DNA from: Thermodesulfovibrionales bacterium
GTDB lineage: Bacteria > Nitrospirota > Thermodesulfovibrionia > Thermodesulfovibrionales > SM23-35
Reading direction: 5' to 3'
Assembly: GCA_963715195.1 (NCBI GenBank)
Contig: CAVQRT010000030.1
Coordinates: forward strand, 260,557-324,556
DNA: 64,000 nt
Part shown: positions 9,789-20,860 of the stretch, piece by piece
Numbering within the stretch: position 1 is the stretch's first letter
Layout of the letters: the number at the start of each line of letters is the position of its first letter
Notes under the pieces: model-generated
Database searches by the model: none
Told to the model about the DNA's origin: nothing
What the model saw: only the letters and a program-made list of their open reading frames with translations
Translations under genes and position numbers: made by a program

Positions 9789-10868
9789 ATGGAAAAAATC
9801 AGGGTTGAGCTGGCTGAACGAAGTTACAACATTTATATAGGAAGCGGAATACTCGGAGACATCGGTGAAAGGCTGAGACTGTTCGATCTCAGCCCCAAAA
9901 TTGCGGTCGTCAGTAATCCAACGGTTTTTTCTCTGTATGGAAACAGTCTGTCTGATTCCATTCAAGAAGCTGGTTTTGATCTGCTGACGGTAACGATCCC
10001 GGACGGTGAGGAGTTCAAAGACCTGGTTTGGTTGCAGCATTTATATGACGCACTCCTTGGACACAGGCTCGACAGGTCATCAGCCCTTCTCGCACTCGGG
10101 GGTGGGGTAATCGGTGATATAGCCGGATTCGCTGCATCCACCTACATGAGAGGGATTGCCTGCATTCAGGTCCCCACAACCCTCCTCGCGCAGGTTGACA
10201 GTTCCGTCGGGGGCAAGACCGGCGTCAATCACAAACTCGGAAAAAACATGATCGGAACGTTCTGGCAGCCCAGAATTGTCTGGATTGATACAGATACCCT
10301 GAAGACCCTTCCGGAGAGAGAATTACTTGCCGGCCTCGCGGAAGTAATAAAATACGGGGTTATTCGTGACGAAGAACTGTTTGCGTTCCTTGAACAGAAC
10401 AGGGAGAAAATCCTGGAATTCGACAGTGAAGCCCTCGCATATATTATCCAGCGTTCCTGTGAGATCAAGGCAGAGGTTGTCTCAAAAGATGAGCGTGAAT
10501 CAGGACTGAGGGCTATCCTGAATTACGGGCATACGACAGGACACGCAATCGAGACTGCTACCGGATATACACGATTTCTTCACGGCGAAGCTGTCGCAAT
10601 CGGAATGTACCTTGAGGCACAACTCGCGCAGATGCTCGACGTTCTCGAAAGCGATGATGTCCGGAGGATCAAGGCGCTTCTTACAGCATATGGACTGCCT
10701 TCCGAAATACCTCCTGACATCCCGACTGAAGACCTCATTTCATCGATGAAACTCGATAAGAAGTCGGTTGCCGGAGCGTTGAAGTTTATCCTGCCTGAAA
10801 GAATCGGGAAAGTGAAAATACAGAAAGGCGTGGGAGAAAAAGCAATCAGGGATTTGCTTACGCGCTAA
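9789..10868 (+). CDS. aroB: 3-dehydroquinate synthase
   Basis: GGGVIGD, PTTLLAQVDSSVGGKTGVN, LNYGHT, LHGEAV. Confidence 0.96.
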   Translation: MEKIRVELAERSYNIYIGSGILGDIGERLRLFDLSPKIAVVSNPTVFSLYGNSLSDSIQEAGFDLLTVTIPDGEEFKDLVWLQHLYDALLGHRLDRSSALLALGGGVIGDIAGFAASTYMRGIACIQVPTTLLAQVDSSVGGKTGVNHKLGKNMIGTFWQPRIVWIDTDTLKTLPERELLAGLAEVIKYGVIRDEELFAFLEQNREKILEFDSEALAYIIQRSCEIKAEVVSKDERESGLRAILNYGHTTGHAIETATGYTRFLHGEAVAIGMYLEAQLAQMLDVLESDDVRRIKALLTAYGLPSEIPPDIPTEDLISSMKLDKKSVAGALKFILPERIGKVKIQKGVGEKAIRDLLTR

Positions 10869-10901
10869 TATCCCTCAATGCAGAGCGCTTCCTATAACGC
10901 A

Positions 10902-11888
10902 CTATCCGAACAGTGCATTCATCAATTGAAAGGTAATCCACGCGAAAAGAAAACATGCCGGAAGAGTAAATATCCAGGCATTGACGATTTTCTTTCCAAT
11001 CCCCCACCTCACTGCAGTCAGCCTCTTTGTCGAACCGACTCCCATAATAGCCGTAGCAATGACATGTGTCGTGCTGACAGGAAGCCCCAGTTGACTGGCC
11101 CCAAGAATAATAGCTGTGGCAGAAGTCTCTGCAGCAAAGCCATGGACCGGCTCTAATTTGAGCATACTGACTCCCATTGTCTTGATGACCTTCCAACCAC
11201 CAAGAGCGGTACCCAATCCCATCGCTACTGCGCAGATCAGTATGACCCAAAAGGGGACCTCAACAGAGTGCAAATATCCTCCGCTCACAAGAGAAAGCGT
11301 GATTATTCCCATGACTTTCTGAGCATCATTCGAGCCGTGACTGAGCGCCATAAAACTCGCTGAAATGATTTGAAGTTTCCCAAAATATTTATTAATAGTC
11401 GCCCCGGGCAGTCTCCCGCAAAACTTCAGGAGGACACTCATAAAGATGAAGCCGAAAATTATTCCGAACACGGGGGAAATAACGAGAGAGAGAAATATTT
11501 TTTTCAAGCCAGCAATATTGAGAATACTAGCCCCACCATATGCAACTGAAGCGCCGACAAGCCCTCCTATTAATGCGTGCGAGGCACTGACCGGCAGGCC
11601 GATAATGGTCATGAGTGTGTTCCAGAGAAATCCAGAAACCAATGCTGACATGACAACGATTTCAGTTATTGCCTTTGGATCAACAATCCCCTTGCCGATT
11701 GTTTTTGCTACCGCGGTAGTCAAAAATGCTCCGAGGACATTCATGAAACCTGCGAGGAGCACTGCCTGGACTGGTGAGAGAACCCTCGTGGAGACAACTG
11801 TTGCTATTGCATTTGCGGCATCATTATATCCGTTGCTGATATCGAAGAGAATGGCAAGAACAATAGTGGCGATAATAATTTCAGGCAT
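10902..11888 (-). CDS. PiT family inorganic phosphate transporter
   Basis: GYNDAANAIAT, GLPVSASH, HGSNDAQK, LPVSTTH. Confidence 0.95.
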   Translation of the reverse strand: MPEIIIATIVLAILFDISNGYNDAANAIATVVSTRVLSPVQAVLLAGFMNVLGAFLTTAVAKTIGKGIVDPKAITEIVVMSALVSGFLWNTLMTIIGLPVSASHALIGGLVGASVAYGGASILNIAGLKKIFLSLVISPVFGIIFGFIFMSVLLKFCGRLPGATINKYFGKLQIISASFMALSHGSNDAQKVMGIITLSLVSGGYLHSVEVPFWVILICAVAMGLGTALGGWKVIKTMGVSMLKLEPVHGFAAETSATAIILGASQLGLPVSTTHVIATAIMGVGSTKRLTAVRWGIGKKIVNAWIFTLPACFLFAWITFQLMNALFG

Positions 11889-12498
11889 GCTTGAGGACTA
11901 TGGCTTCCAAAATATTGGCAACATCCTCACACTTGTCTGATGCATTCTCGAGATGTTCATAAATCTCTTTCCATTTAATAATAAGAATTGGATCCTTAAT
12001 TTCATCAAACAGATGCCCGAGAGCATCCCTGAAAGCCCTGTCTAATCTGTTTTCAAGCTTATTGATCTCGATGCAGTATTCCTGGATATGGGCGTAATTT
12101 TTTTCTCTCAGCTTCTTTATCGCCTTTTCTACAAATTCCACTGTTGTCATGAGATCTTTCGCCATGGTAATCGCCCACTTTGTAGACTCTTGTAATTTAA
12201 AAACTGTGAGTCTGTCAGCAGCGCCCCAGATAAGATCCAATATATCATCAAGTGAAGACGCCAGAGCATGGATATCTTCCCTGTCTATAGGGGTAACAAA
12301 CGTTTTATTCAGTTTTCTCATGATATCATGGGTATAGACGTCACCCTCCTGTTCAAGTTCATGCACTTCTCTCGCCCAGGCATCCAGGTTAGTAAAGTGC
12401 TCCATGATACCAACAAGGAGTGTCGCAGCATGGGTAACATTTGCTGCAGCTTTTTCAAAAATGGCAAAAAAGTCTGTCTCTTTCGGGAAAATTTTCAT
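11881..12498 (-). CDS. DUF47 / PhoU-like phosphate transport regulator
   Basis: TFVTPIDREDIHALA, KWKEIYEHLENASDKCED; overlaps the pit gene. Confidence 0.93.
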   Translation of the reverse strand: MKIFPKETDFFAIFEKAAANVTHAATLLVGIMEHFTNLDAWAREVHELEQEGDVYTHDIMRKLNKTFVTPIDREDIHALASSLDDILDLIWGAADRLTVFKLQESTKWAITMAKDLMTTVEFVEKAIKKLREKNYAHIQEYCIEINKLENRLDRAFRDALGHLFDEIKDPILIIKWKEIYEHLENASDKCEDVANILEAIVLKHA

Positions 12499-12600
12499 TA
12501 CTTGCCTCTTGAGGTAACTGTAGGATATAAAAAAATAAATCTTATGTCAACAAGCATACTCGTATTGCATTGCTTTGGACATTAATGCTATAAGTATTAA

Positions 12601-13299
12601 GTGGATACGCCGAAAAAAATCCTCGTTGTTGATGATGAAGCTGACCTTGTCGAGCTTGTTTCATATAATTTGAAAAAGGAAGGCTTTCACGTTGACCCGG
12701 CTTCAGATGGTGAGACGGCACTCGCAAAAGTACGAAAGGGTAAATACGACTTGCTGGTTCTTGACCTCATGCTCCCGGGGATTCAGGGGATTGAACTCTG
12801 CCGCATCCTCAGGAACGACCCGAAAACCTCTGTTCTGCCGATCATCATGCTCACCGCAAAAGGCGAAGAGGTTGACAGAATCCTCGGCCTCGAGATGGGA
12901 GCTGATGATTATATGGCCAAGCCGTTCAGTCCGAGGGAACTTGTTGCACGGGTCAAAGCCGTACTGAGGCGATCACGGGAGAAACCCGCAAGCGAAAGGG
13001 TCCTGAAGATAGGGGATCTTGAAATAGACAGGGAACGGTATATTGTTTTAGTAAAAACAAAGCCAATCAAACTGAGCGCCACTGAATTCAAGCTCCTCTT
13101 GTTCCTTGCCGAAAGAAGGGGGAAAGTATTCAGCAGAAACCAGCTCCTCGATGCGATATGGCGCGATGAGGCGTTTGTAGAACCAAGGACCGTAGACGTG
13201 CACATCAGGCGATTGCGATCAAACATCGAGGAAGACCCTGCGCAACCCAGGTATATAAAGACTATGCGGGGCATAGGGTATTTCTTTGATGCAAAGTAA
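12601..13299 (+). CDS. phoB: Phosphate regulon response regulator (PhoB/PhoP, OmpR family)
   Basis: REC domain plus winged helix (RTVDVHIRRLR); paired with a PhoR-like kinase, divergent from DUF47-pit. Confidence 0.85.
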   Translation: MDTPKKILVVDDEADLVELVSYNLKKEGFHVDPASDGETALAKVRKGKYDLLVLDLMLPGIQGIELCRILRNDPKTSVLPIIMLTAKGEEVDRILGLEMGADDYMAKPFSPRELVARVKAVLRRSREKPASERVLKIGDLEIDRERYIVLVKTKPIKLSATEFKLLLFLAERRGKVFSRNQLLDAIWRDEAFVEPRTVDVHIRRLRSNIEEDPAQPRYIKTMRGIGYFFDAK

Positions 13300-15131
13300 T
13301 GAAGCATGTCCTGTTCAGAAGAATTGTCCTCGCCTATCTCGTTATCGCTCCGCTTCTCCTCATAATTCTTGAATTCTACCTCTCGGGAACCGTAAAAGAA
13401 AATTATATCTCCAACCTCGGGGACAGTCTTATCATCCAGGCTCATCTCATTGCAGATCAGGCATCGGCTCTTGATGCAAAAAATCTCGACCAGTTCTGCA
13501 GGGAGTATAAGGAAAAGACCGGAGCACGGGTAACCATCGTCGATAGTACCGGCAAGGTTTTAGGGGATTCCGATGAGCCTTCTGCGAAGATGGAAAATCA
13601 CCTCGACAGGCCGGAGATAAAGGAGGCCGACTTGGGTGACATCGGCTCTTCAATCAGGTTCAGCAAAACCCTTCAAGAAAACCTTTTCTATCTGGCGATT
13701 ACCTTCGAGTCTGATGCAGGCAGACAATTTCTCAGGCTCTCACTCCCTCTCAAGGACATCGAGCAAGCGGTGAATGGTATCAGGATGAGAATTGTGACAG
13801 CAACCCTGGCGGTATCGTTGCTGGCAATACTTTTGGGACTGATACAGGCAAGGAGAATTACACGGTCAGTGGAGGAAATTACGGCTTTTTCGAAAGAGGT
13901 GGCCTCCGGGCATTTCAAAAAACGGCTTTTGCTCAAGGAAAAAGGCGAACTTGGAGAACTGGGGAAAAATATCAGCGAGATGGCACATGAACTCTACGAT
14001 AAGCTCAGGCAGAGTGAGGAAAGGAAGCAGAAGATTGAAGCAATCCTCAGGAATATGTCTGACGGATTAATCCTGTCGGACCGAAACGGAACCATTCTCT
14101 TAAGCAATGAGGCCGTTTCAAGATTCTTCAATGTTGCCTCAAGTATCGAAGGGAAAACCATCATGGAGACCCTGCGGAAAACAGATCTGATGGATATGAT
14201 AGACCACGTTGCAATGAGCAGGGAAAGGATCTCCCGTGAGATCGAAATAACCCATCCGAAGGATCTCTGCCTGATGGTTACCGCTGCTCCTTTTTACTCG
14301 CACCGCAAGGAAGATGAGTTATCCGGCATTGTCATGACTTTTCATGACATTACGAGGCTGAAGAGACTTGAGGAGATACGCAAGGATTTCGTGGCAAATG
14401 TTTCCCATGAAATCAAAACGCCGATTACCGCCATTAAAGGATTCACGGAAACCCTGCTGGAAGGAGCCCTTGATGACCGCGACAATGCTTACAAATTTCT
14501 TGAGACCATAAAAAACAACAGTGAACGGCTCAATTCACTGGTGACAGACCTCCTCACCCTTTCACGGATCGAACTCGGGGATATCGTGATACAGCAGGAC
14601 GTGGTCAATCTTGACGACGTCATCGATACGGTCTTCACCATACTGGCGGAGAAGGCACAGGAAAAACGATTATATCTCAGGAAGGATATTTCTCCCGCAA
14701 TAATGGATTTCAGGGCTGACAGGGACCGCCTGATTCAGATACTGCTCAATCTTGTTGACAACGGTATTAAATTCACTGAGCAGGGAGGGGTAACAATAAG
14801 GGCAAAGAGTGAAACAGTAAACGTTACAAGTGCAGATAAAACCGAGACTCCTACTTCATCCTCCGGCATCCAGGCAGTCTCTGACATCGAACCTTTCACC
14901 TCTGTCGTCATTTCTGTTGAAGATACGGGAATCGGGATTCCGAAAAAACATCTCCCCCGGCTCGGCGAGCGTTTTTACAGGGTCGACAGGGCACGTTCGC
15001 GTGAGCTCGGAGGCACCGGCCTCGGACTCGCAATCGTGAAACATCTTGTGAAGGCGCATGGCTGGGATATGCAGATAGAAAGCGCTGAAGGCCAGGGGAC
15101 CACTGTACGCATTTTCTGCCCCCCTGTTTGA
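13299..15131 (+). CDS. phoR: Phosphate regulon sensor kinase (HAMP-PAS-HisKA-HATPase)
   Basis: ENHLDRPEI, DFVANVSHEIKTP, ERFYRVDRARSRELGGTGLGLAIVKH. Confidence 0.88.
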   Translation: MKHVLFRRIVLAYLVIAPLLLIILEFYLSGTVKENYISNLGDSLIIQAHLIADQASALDAKNLDQFCREYKEKTGARVTIVDSTGKVLGDSDEPSAKMENHLDRPEIKEADLGDIGSSIRFSKTLQENLFYLAITFESDAGRQFLRLSLPLKDIEQAVNGIRMRIVTATLAVSLLAILLGLIQARRITRSVEEITAFSKEVASGHFKKRLLLKEKGELGELGKNISEMAHELYDKLRQSEERKQKIEAILRNMSDGLILSDRNGTILLSNEAVSRFFNVASSIEGKTIMETLRKTDLMDMIDHVAMSRERISREIEITHPKDLCLMVTAAPFYSHRKEDELSGIVMTFHDITRLKRLEEIRKDFVANVSHEIKTPITAIKGFTETLLEGALDDRDNAYKFLETIKNNSERLNSLVTDLLTLSRIELGDIVIQQDVVNLDDVIDTVFTILAEKAQEKRLYLRKDISPAIMDFRADRDRLIQILLNLVDNGIKFTEQGGVTIRAKSETVNVTSADKTETPTSSSGIQAVSDIEPFTSVVISVEDTGIGIPKKHLPRLGERFYRVDRARSRELGGTGLGLAIVKHLVKAHGWDMQIESAEGQGTTVRIFCPPV

Positions 15132-15277
15132 GCAAAAAGAGCAGATATTGATCAAAAAATTATTTAACTCGATGAGAAAAACGGAGGGAAGAAGTTAGAG
15201 AGAAGAAAATACCAAAGAGAGGAAATCGCGGAGATAGTTAAATATGCTCCCTCACCGCATATATCTGATGCTGTCTG

Positions 15278-15694
15278 TCACTCCCCCATTACTTGAACAA
15301 TAATATTTCTCTCCCTCCCTCGGTTATCAAAATCAATAAAGACAATCTGCTGCCAAGTCCCTAAAGTCATCTTGGCCTTTACTATGGGAACAGAAAGGGA
15401 AGGCTTCATCAGCGCAGCCCGTACATGGGAGAACCCATTACCGTCACCCCATCGTCTATCATGTTCGTATGGAATATTGGATGGTGCTATTTTCTCTATA
15501 GCTTTTTTCAGGTCATTGATTACTCCTGATTCATATTCAATGGTAGTGATAGCCCCTGTGGATCCTGAACAGAAAACGGTAACCAGTCCGTTCTTGCTAT
15601 TTGATTTGTTTACAATACTGGCTACCCTGTCCGTAATATCAATAACATCACTGAACCCCTTGGTGCTTAGTGAAATGGTATCCGCTGCAATCAT
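15278..15694 (-). CDS. YjbQ / UPF0047 secondary thiamine-phosphate synthase family
   Basis: DITDRV, YEHD, NGFSHVRA, LGTWQQI. Confidence 0.92.
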   Translation of the reverse strand: MIAADTISLSTKGFSDVIDITDRVASIVNKSNSKNGLVTVFCSGSTGAITTIEYESGVINDLKKAIEKIAPSNIPYEHDRRWGDGNGFSHVRAALMKPSLSVPIVKAKMTLGTWQQIVFIDFDNRGRERNIIVQVMGE

Positions 15695-15823
15695 GTACCC
15701 CTCCGATCTTTTGTTATGCCTTTATACACTCATAGCGCATACAGTAATTTATCTTTTTCTGAGCATATTGACAAACATCTTATTTTTTGATAGAAGTAAA
15801 TCAACCAGCCGGAGGGGGACAAA

Positions 15824-16096
15824 ATGGCGTTGGGACAAAGAAAATATGAGAGGGATATTGCTTCCCTAATCATTCGTTATTCCCTCCCTGCCTATATTTC
15901 CGGGAAAGTTTTGTCAGCTATGATGGAAGATTATAGTTTCTCAGGATTGCGCATGGTTACCGGATATCCCCTTGAAGAGGGACAGGAGATAGTAATAAAT
16001 GGCGGGTTATTTGAAGATGCTCTACCCGCAATAGTTCGTTGGCATAAAAATATAGGTGATACTACCTTTAAGGTAGGGTTAGAGTTCAAACGATAA
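15824..16096 (+). CDS. PilZ-domain protein
   Basis: QRKYER (RxxxR) and DYSFSG (DxSxxG), VRW, VGLEF; GGAGGGG RBS. Confidence 0.8.
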   Translation: MALGQRKYERDIASLIIRYSLPAYISGKVLSAMMEDYSFSGLRMVTGYPLEEGQEIVINGGLFEDALPAIVRWHKNIGDTTFKVGLEFKR

Positions 16097-16125
16097 TAGG
16101 AGTGTAATTCTTACCTTTCTTTACA

Positions 16126-16320
16126 TTACCCCGGGCTCTTTGAAGGAATTTTTAAGTCTTTTCTCGCCTGTTCCTTCATAACCTCGTACTCCCTTTTCAC
16201 TTCCTGTGGCAAGTCATCCCTTAAGTTCTGCAAGATGGTTGAGGGAAAATCAAGACCTACATCGGCCCATGCGTCCGAAACTCTCTTGTAGTTTTCCAAG
16301 ATTTTCTTCTTGTTTTTCAT
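16126..16320 (-). CDS. Hypothetical protein
   Basis: 64-aa ORF with AAGGGGG RBS. Confidence 0.45.
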   Translation of the reverse strand: MKNKKKILENYKRVSDAWADVGLDFPSTILQNLRDDLPQEVKREYEVMKEQARKDLKIPSKSPG

Positions 16321-16425
16321 AAAACCCCCTTGCTTGTTTCTTCATAACACCTTGTAATCCTTTTGTCAAGAATATCGAGAATTTGGCAGTGGATATGTCG
16401 TACAATGGTTCATGAGAGAACTTGC

Positions 16426-16566
16426 ATGACAGAGAAAGTCGCAGTCAAAGAAGATGCTTCAGACATAGATACCGCTAAAATATGGTGCCCCGAAAGAGGG
16501 AACTTCCAGTATGTCAAAGCCTGTGATGCTGACTGCAAAAAGAAAGACAGGTGCAGGTGCCACTGA
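16426..16566 (+). CDS. Small Cys-rich hypothetical protein (3' end may be frameshifted)
   Basis: IWCPE...ACDADCKKKDRC. Confidence 0.4.
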   Translation: MTEKVAVKEDASDIDTAKIWCPERGNFQYVKACDADCKKKDRCRCH

Positions 16567-16629
16567 TAGAAGAGCTTGAGCGTATGGTATCGGAAAAACG
16601 TTTATATGGATGAAAAAGGATCTTAATCC

Positions 16630-17319
16630 ATGTTTCTGAAGGTCGGCCATCGTGGAGCCAAGGCTTACGAGATTGAGAATACTCTCGAAAGCTTCATCAA
16701 GGCAATCGAACTGGGTGCGAATGCCATCGAATTTGATGTTCGAATATCCCAAGACGCTCAATTAATTATCAGCCACGATGATAATCTGAAAAAGGTCTTC
16801 AAGAAAGACGTTCGCATAAACGAGGCAACGCTAAAAGAACTGAAGCATATGACCGAAAACAGGATTGTTACCCTTGCGGAAGCATTACGCTTTATCGGCA
16901 AAAAAGCTGAAAAAATACTGATTGAATTAAAAGAGGCTGGTTACGAAAACAAGGTTTTGGATGTGATCAGGAAAGAGAAACTGGAAGACAGGGTCATCAT
17001 CGTCTCTTTCCACGAAGAAACGCTTGCTCATGTCAGGACCATCGACAAGAAAATCGAAACCGGCCTCATTTATACGAAATTCAAGAATCCCATCGGCACA
17101 GCCTTAAAGCTGAATGCCCAGTATCTCGTTCCTCTTTACAGATTTTTTCACAGGAGAGATATAGCAAAGGCACACAAGAGCAATCTGAAGGTAATCGTCT
17201 GGACGATTAATACAACAATAGAAGCCCAAAACTACATTGCAAAAGATGTTGATGGTATAGCCACCGACAAACCGGACATTTTTCGCGGGATAATGCACGT
17301 CACACATGACAGGATTTAA
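16630..17319 (+). CDS. Glycerophosphodiester phosphodiesterase (GDPD; UgpQ/GlpQ-like)
   Basis: GHRGA, ENTL, IEFDV, SHD, IELK, WTIN, DGIATD. Confidence 0.93.
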   Translation: MFLKVGHRGAKAYEIENTLESFIKAIELGANAIEFDVRISQDAQLIISHDDNLKKVFKKDVRINEATLKELKHMTENRIVTLAEALRFIGKKAEKILIELKEAGYENKVLDVIRKEKLEDRVIIVSFHEETLAHVRTIDKKIETGLIYTKFKNPIGTALKLNAQYLVPLYRFFHRRDIAKAHKSNLKVIVWTINTTIEAQNYIAKDVDGIATDKPDIFRGIMHVTHDRI

Positions 17320-17583
17320 TCTGACGAACAATATCATCGTCTGTTAATTACTATTTGTACTGTTGCTCTCAGATAATTATCTTAATGGAGTTGGGGAAGT
17401 ACATTGCCCCAGATTAGCGGTTGCGCGTGTTCGCCATAGCGGTTGCAGATACGGCATCCAGATATGCCTGTCGCTCGAAATGATTATAACGGTGCGGGTC
17501 CCGGCCGCACAAAAACTGCGCAAGACTTGAACCAATATACAGCGGGATGAAAAGCATACCCCAGCGCTCATACTGACACACGT

Positions 17584-17898
17584 GTGCGTGCTCGTGTAAA
17601 CGATTGGGTTCGAGAACAATATGATTCCGGGCAAGTTTTTGGAAAAAAACTCCTTAATCCGCAAGAAATAATAATAGATTCAACGAGCTCATCGGAACGA
17701 GAGAAACATATCTTATCAGTGCTGAGAGAAATTCGTGATGATGCAGCGTTCAAAAAAAGATGGGAATTACTCTGGTCCTGGAGTCACCTCAAAAATCAAC
17801 ATGATCGGAGCATGTTTTTTAAAGTTCAATCATTCCTAAGGAATAAAGTTGCTCAGGGGAAACGGAAGCAATTTGATAATATCAACTCTTTGATGTGA
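17584..17898 (+). CDS. Hypothetical protein (start uncertain)
   Basis: 104-aa ORF, no recognised motif. Confidence 0.3.
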   Translation: MRARVNDWVREQYDSGQVFGKKLLNPQEIIIDSTSSSEREKHILSVLREIRDDAAFKKRWELLWSWSHLKNQHDRSMFFKVQSFLRNKVAQGKRKQFDNINSLM

Positions 17899-18016
17899 TT
17901 TAAATATCTCGCATCGCCCGCTTGATAAAAACATCCAACCACCCATCATGAAAAAGGTATATTGCGGTATCAAAAAATAATTTTTTTGCCACAACATCTG
18001 CTCTTTTTTATAATCC

Positions 18017-18071
18017 CGTAACCAAAATTTAATCTGCCTTTAATATTCCTGTAACATTTCTCCATTAAAGT
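18017..18071 (+). promoter_or_regulatory. Pho-box promoter of the porin gene
   Basis: CGTAACCAAAA/TTTAATCTGCC/TTTAATATTCC/TGTAACATTTC (11-bp period), 5 nt, TAAAGT. Confidence 0.75.
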
Positions 18072-18160
18072 AAGAGCGGTTTTTGAGCAGCAGGAGGGTG
18101 AAAACAAGCTTGCAATCGTCTGCTTGTTACCAATCAAAACAACGTTAAAGGAGGAAAGGT

Positions 18161-19373
18161 ATGAAGAAGAAGGTAGTGGCAATCGTTGTCAGCCTTTGTT
18201 GCCTCGATGTTCCTCGCCGGAACGTCCATCGCAGCAGAGGATATCACCGACCCGATTCTGAAAAAGCTGGTCGAGAAAGGTGTCCTCACAAAGGAAGAAG
18301 CAATCTCGGTAACCGATGAGATTAAGGTGGAAGCAAAAGCAAAAGAGAAAAAGGCTGAAGAGAAAAAAGCGAAGTGGGAAGGCAGTTTCAGGATGCGCCA
18401 TGATTCACAGTGGTATGATGAACCTGAAAAGGCCGACAGGCACAGGGAAAGGATACAGGGACGTTTCGGATTTACCTATGATATCAACGAACTGACCCAG
18501 GTTGGATTCACACTCGGCACCGGAGAAAAACAGGACCAGGTTACCCTGAATCAGTCTTTAGGCGATATCTTTGAACTCAAGAATGTCTGGCTCGATGCAG
18601 CCTACGTCAGACATAATTTCTTCGATAAAAAGCTCCAGGTTTATATGGGAAAGTTTAAAAATCCGTTCACCCCTCATACCTGGATTGTTTTTGATTCTGA
18701 TCTTCGCCCGGAAGGGGTAGCTATTCAGGCACAGCATGAAGTCGGCAAGCCTACCCTTTTCCTGAATGCAGGGGCATTCCCACTCGATGAGATCAGCGGT
18801 GATTCTTCTGACCCCTGGCTTCTCGGAATTCAGGGTGGTATAAAATATGAGCAGAAGGATAAATTCAACATCGCGGTCGGACTTGCCCACTATAACTACT
18901 CCAATGTCGATCTCGTCTCTGCAGACGACAATAAATACTACGGGAATACAATCAGTGATTTCCGGCTCTACAACGCAACAGCCAGCGTTGCACTGTATCT
19001 GCCGCTCTATGTCGGCTTGACCGCTGATTACATCTACAACACTGCAGCGGATGACGACAGTGACGGATATCTGTTTGGCATTACCGCGGGAAACAAAAAA
19101 GTGGAGAATTTTAAGGACTGGCAGGTATTTACTACCTACAGCAGAGTGGAAAGCGATGCAACATATGACGAATTTTCCGATTCGGATTTCCGCAGCGGCG
19201 GGACAAACAATAAGGGCTGGACATTCGGATACCGGTTCGGACTCGGAAAGGGATGGGCGCACGCACTCAAGTATTACATTACCGAAAATGTGAGCTCACA
19301 AATCCCCAGTGACAAGAGATCAACAGAGGAGAACAGAATCCAGATAGATCTCACCTATGCATTCAAATTCTAA
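18161..19373 (+). CDS. Outer-membrane putative porin; +1 frameshift in the signal peptide near 18185
   Basis: RBS AGGAGG then MKKKVVAI, shifted into LSAFVASMFLAG; LVEKGVLT motif, amphipathic beta strands, C-terminal Phe. Confidence 0.85.
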
Positions 19374-19497
19374 GTCAGTCGCTCTTTAACGCCAGATAAG
19401 GAGCACTGTTAACCCCTCTGCCCTCCCACCCCCGGGAGGGCATATTTTTTTGTGGTACGTGACTGATATTATGTATACAGATTTTTCCCTATTGAAT

Positions 19498-19586
19498 GCC
19501 ATCCCCGCTTGTCGGGAATTTTTTTGATACTCTGTTCGAAATGGGAGTTGCTCTGAAGAAAGATTCCGGCCAAGCCGAAATGACAA
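19498..19586. repeat. REP-like composite palindrome
   Basis: GCCATCCCCGCTTGTCGGGAAT...GATTCCGGCCAAGCCGAAATGAC. Confidence 0.55.
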
Positions 19587-19627
19587 GTTTGAAGCTATTT
19601 GCAGAATAATAATAAGACTATGTACCA

Positions 19628-20860
19628 ATGAAACAACCGTTCCTCTGGGGTGTCGCGACTTCGGCCTTTCAGCTCGAGGGTTCGCCCCATGCTGATTGGG
19701 CTTCGTGGGATTCCATCCTGAGCTCAGCGCCAGAGGTGACTAACCACTACGCCCTTTACAAAAAAGACCTCCGGCTCCTCAAGGACCTTGGAGTCAACGC
19801 CTACCGCTTCTCGGTCGAATGGAGCCGGATTCAGCCGAAAGAGAACCTATGGGATGAAGAGGCCATCTCCCACTATCAGGAGATTATTGACATACTGAGA
19901 GAGAGCAATATTGAACCGATGGTAACCATCCACCATTTCACCCACCCGCTGTGGTTCATCAAAAAATATCCCTGGCATGAATCGCGGTCGGTTGAGAAAT
20001 TTATGGCCTTCGCCAGAAAAGTCTTCTCGTCAATCAGCGGGGTGAAGTACTGGATAACGTTTAACGAACCATATGTGCTGATACTGGGCGGGTACCTTGA
20101 AGGGTGCATGCCGCCGGGGATAACCGACATCTCCCTTGCAGTCAGAGCGATGGAGAATATCCTGATTTGTCATGGCAAAACCTATGACATGATCCACGAA
20201 ACAATGCCCTCAGCACTGGTGAGCGTTGCGCATAATATGGCTGCCCTTGCACCATGGAAGAGATGGAACCCGCTGGACAGGCTTCTTGCAAAAATTGCGA
20301 AGTACTTCTATAACCATTCACTGCTCGACGCCTTCCTGACCGGCACGCTTCGCGTGAAATTCCCCTTTGGAAGAGCGGTTCACCTTTCTGTGCCGGTACG
20401 AAACAAACTCGATTTCTTCGGTGTCAATTATTACACGAGAGTGCACATGCGGTTTAACCCCTTCAGGAAAATGGCTGTTGAACTGAGGCACAGGGATATC
20501 GACGGCCATGGTCTCACAGACATGGGATGGGAAATCCATCCGCACGGGCTTGAGAAAGTGCTGAATTATGCCTCGACGCTGAATGTCCCGATCATCATCA
20601 CAGAAAACGGCATTGCAACACATAATGACCGTGCGAGGATCAAATTTATGAAGGGACACATTGATGTCCTCGAGCGGTGCTTAAAGAAGGGCGCCGATGT
20701 CCGGGGCTATTTTTACTGGTCCCTCATCGATAACTACGAATGGCTTCAGGGGCTCGACGCCCGTTTCGGCCTCTACAACGTTGATTTCAACACCATGGAG
20801 CGCACACCCACCAAGGCAGCATTGTACTATTCATACCTGATTAAAAGCAGAGGATTTTAA
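19628..20860 (+). CDS. Glycoside hydrolase family 1 (beta-glucosidase-like)
   Basis: WGVATSAFQLEG, YRFSVEWSRI, TFNEP and ITENG catalytic motifs, WSLIDNYEW. Confidence 0.95.
   Translation: MKQPFLWGVATSAFQLEGSPHADWASWDSILSSAPEVTNHYALYKKDLRLLKDLGVNAYRFSVEWSRIQPKENLWDEEAISHYQEIIDILRESNIEPMVTIHHFTHPLWFIKKYPWHESRSVEKFMAFARKVFSSISGVKYWITFNEPYVLILGGYLEGCMPPGITDISLAVRAMENILICHGKTYDMIHETMPSALVSVAHNMAALAPWKRWNPLDRLLAKIAKYFYNHSLLDAFLTGTLRVKFPFGRAVHLSVPVRNKLDFFGVNYYTRVHMRFNPFRKMAVELRHRDIDGHGLTDMGWEIHPHGLEKVLNYASTLNVPIIITENGIATHNDRARIKFMKGHIDVLERCLKKGADVRGYFYWSLIDNYEWLQGLDARFGLYNVDFNTMERTPTKAALYYSYLIKSRGF

Noticed and set aside
12499..12600. Pho box between DUF47-pit and phoB
   Set aside because: No convincing 11-bp periodic repeats on either strand
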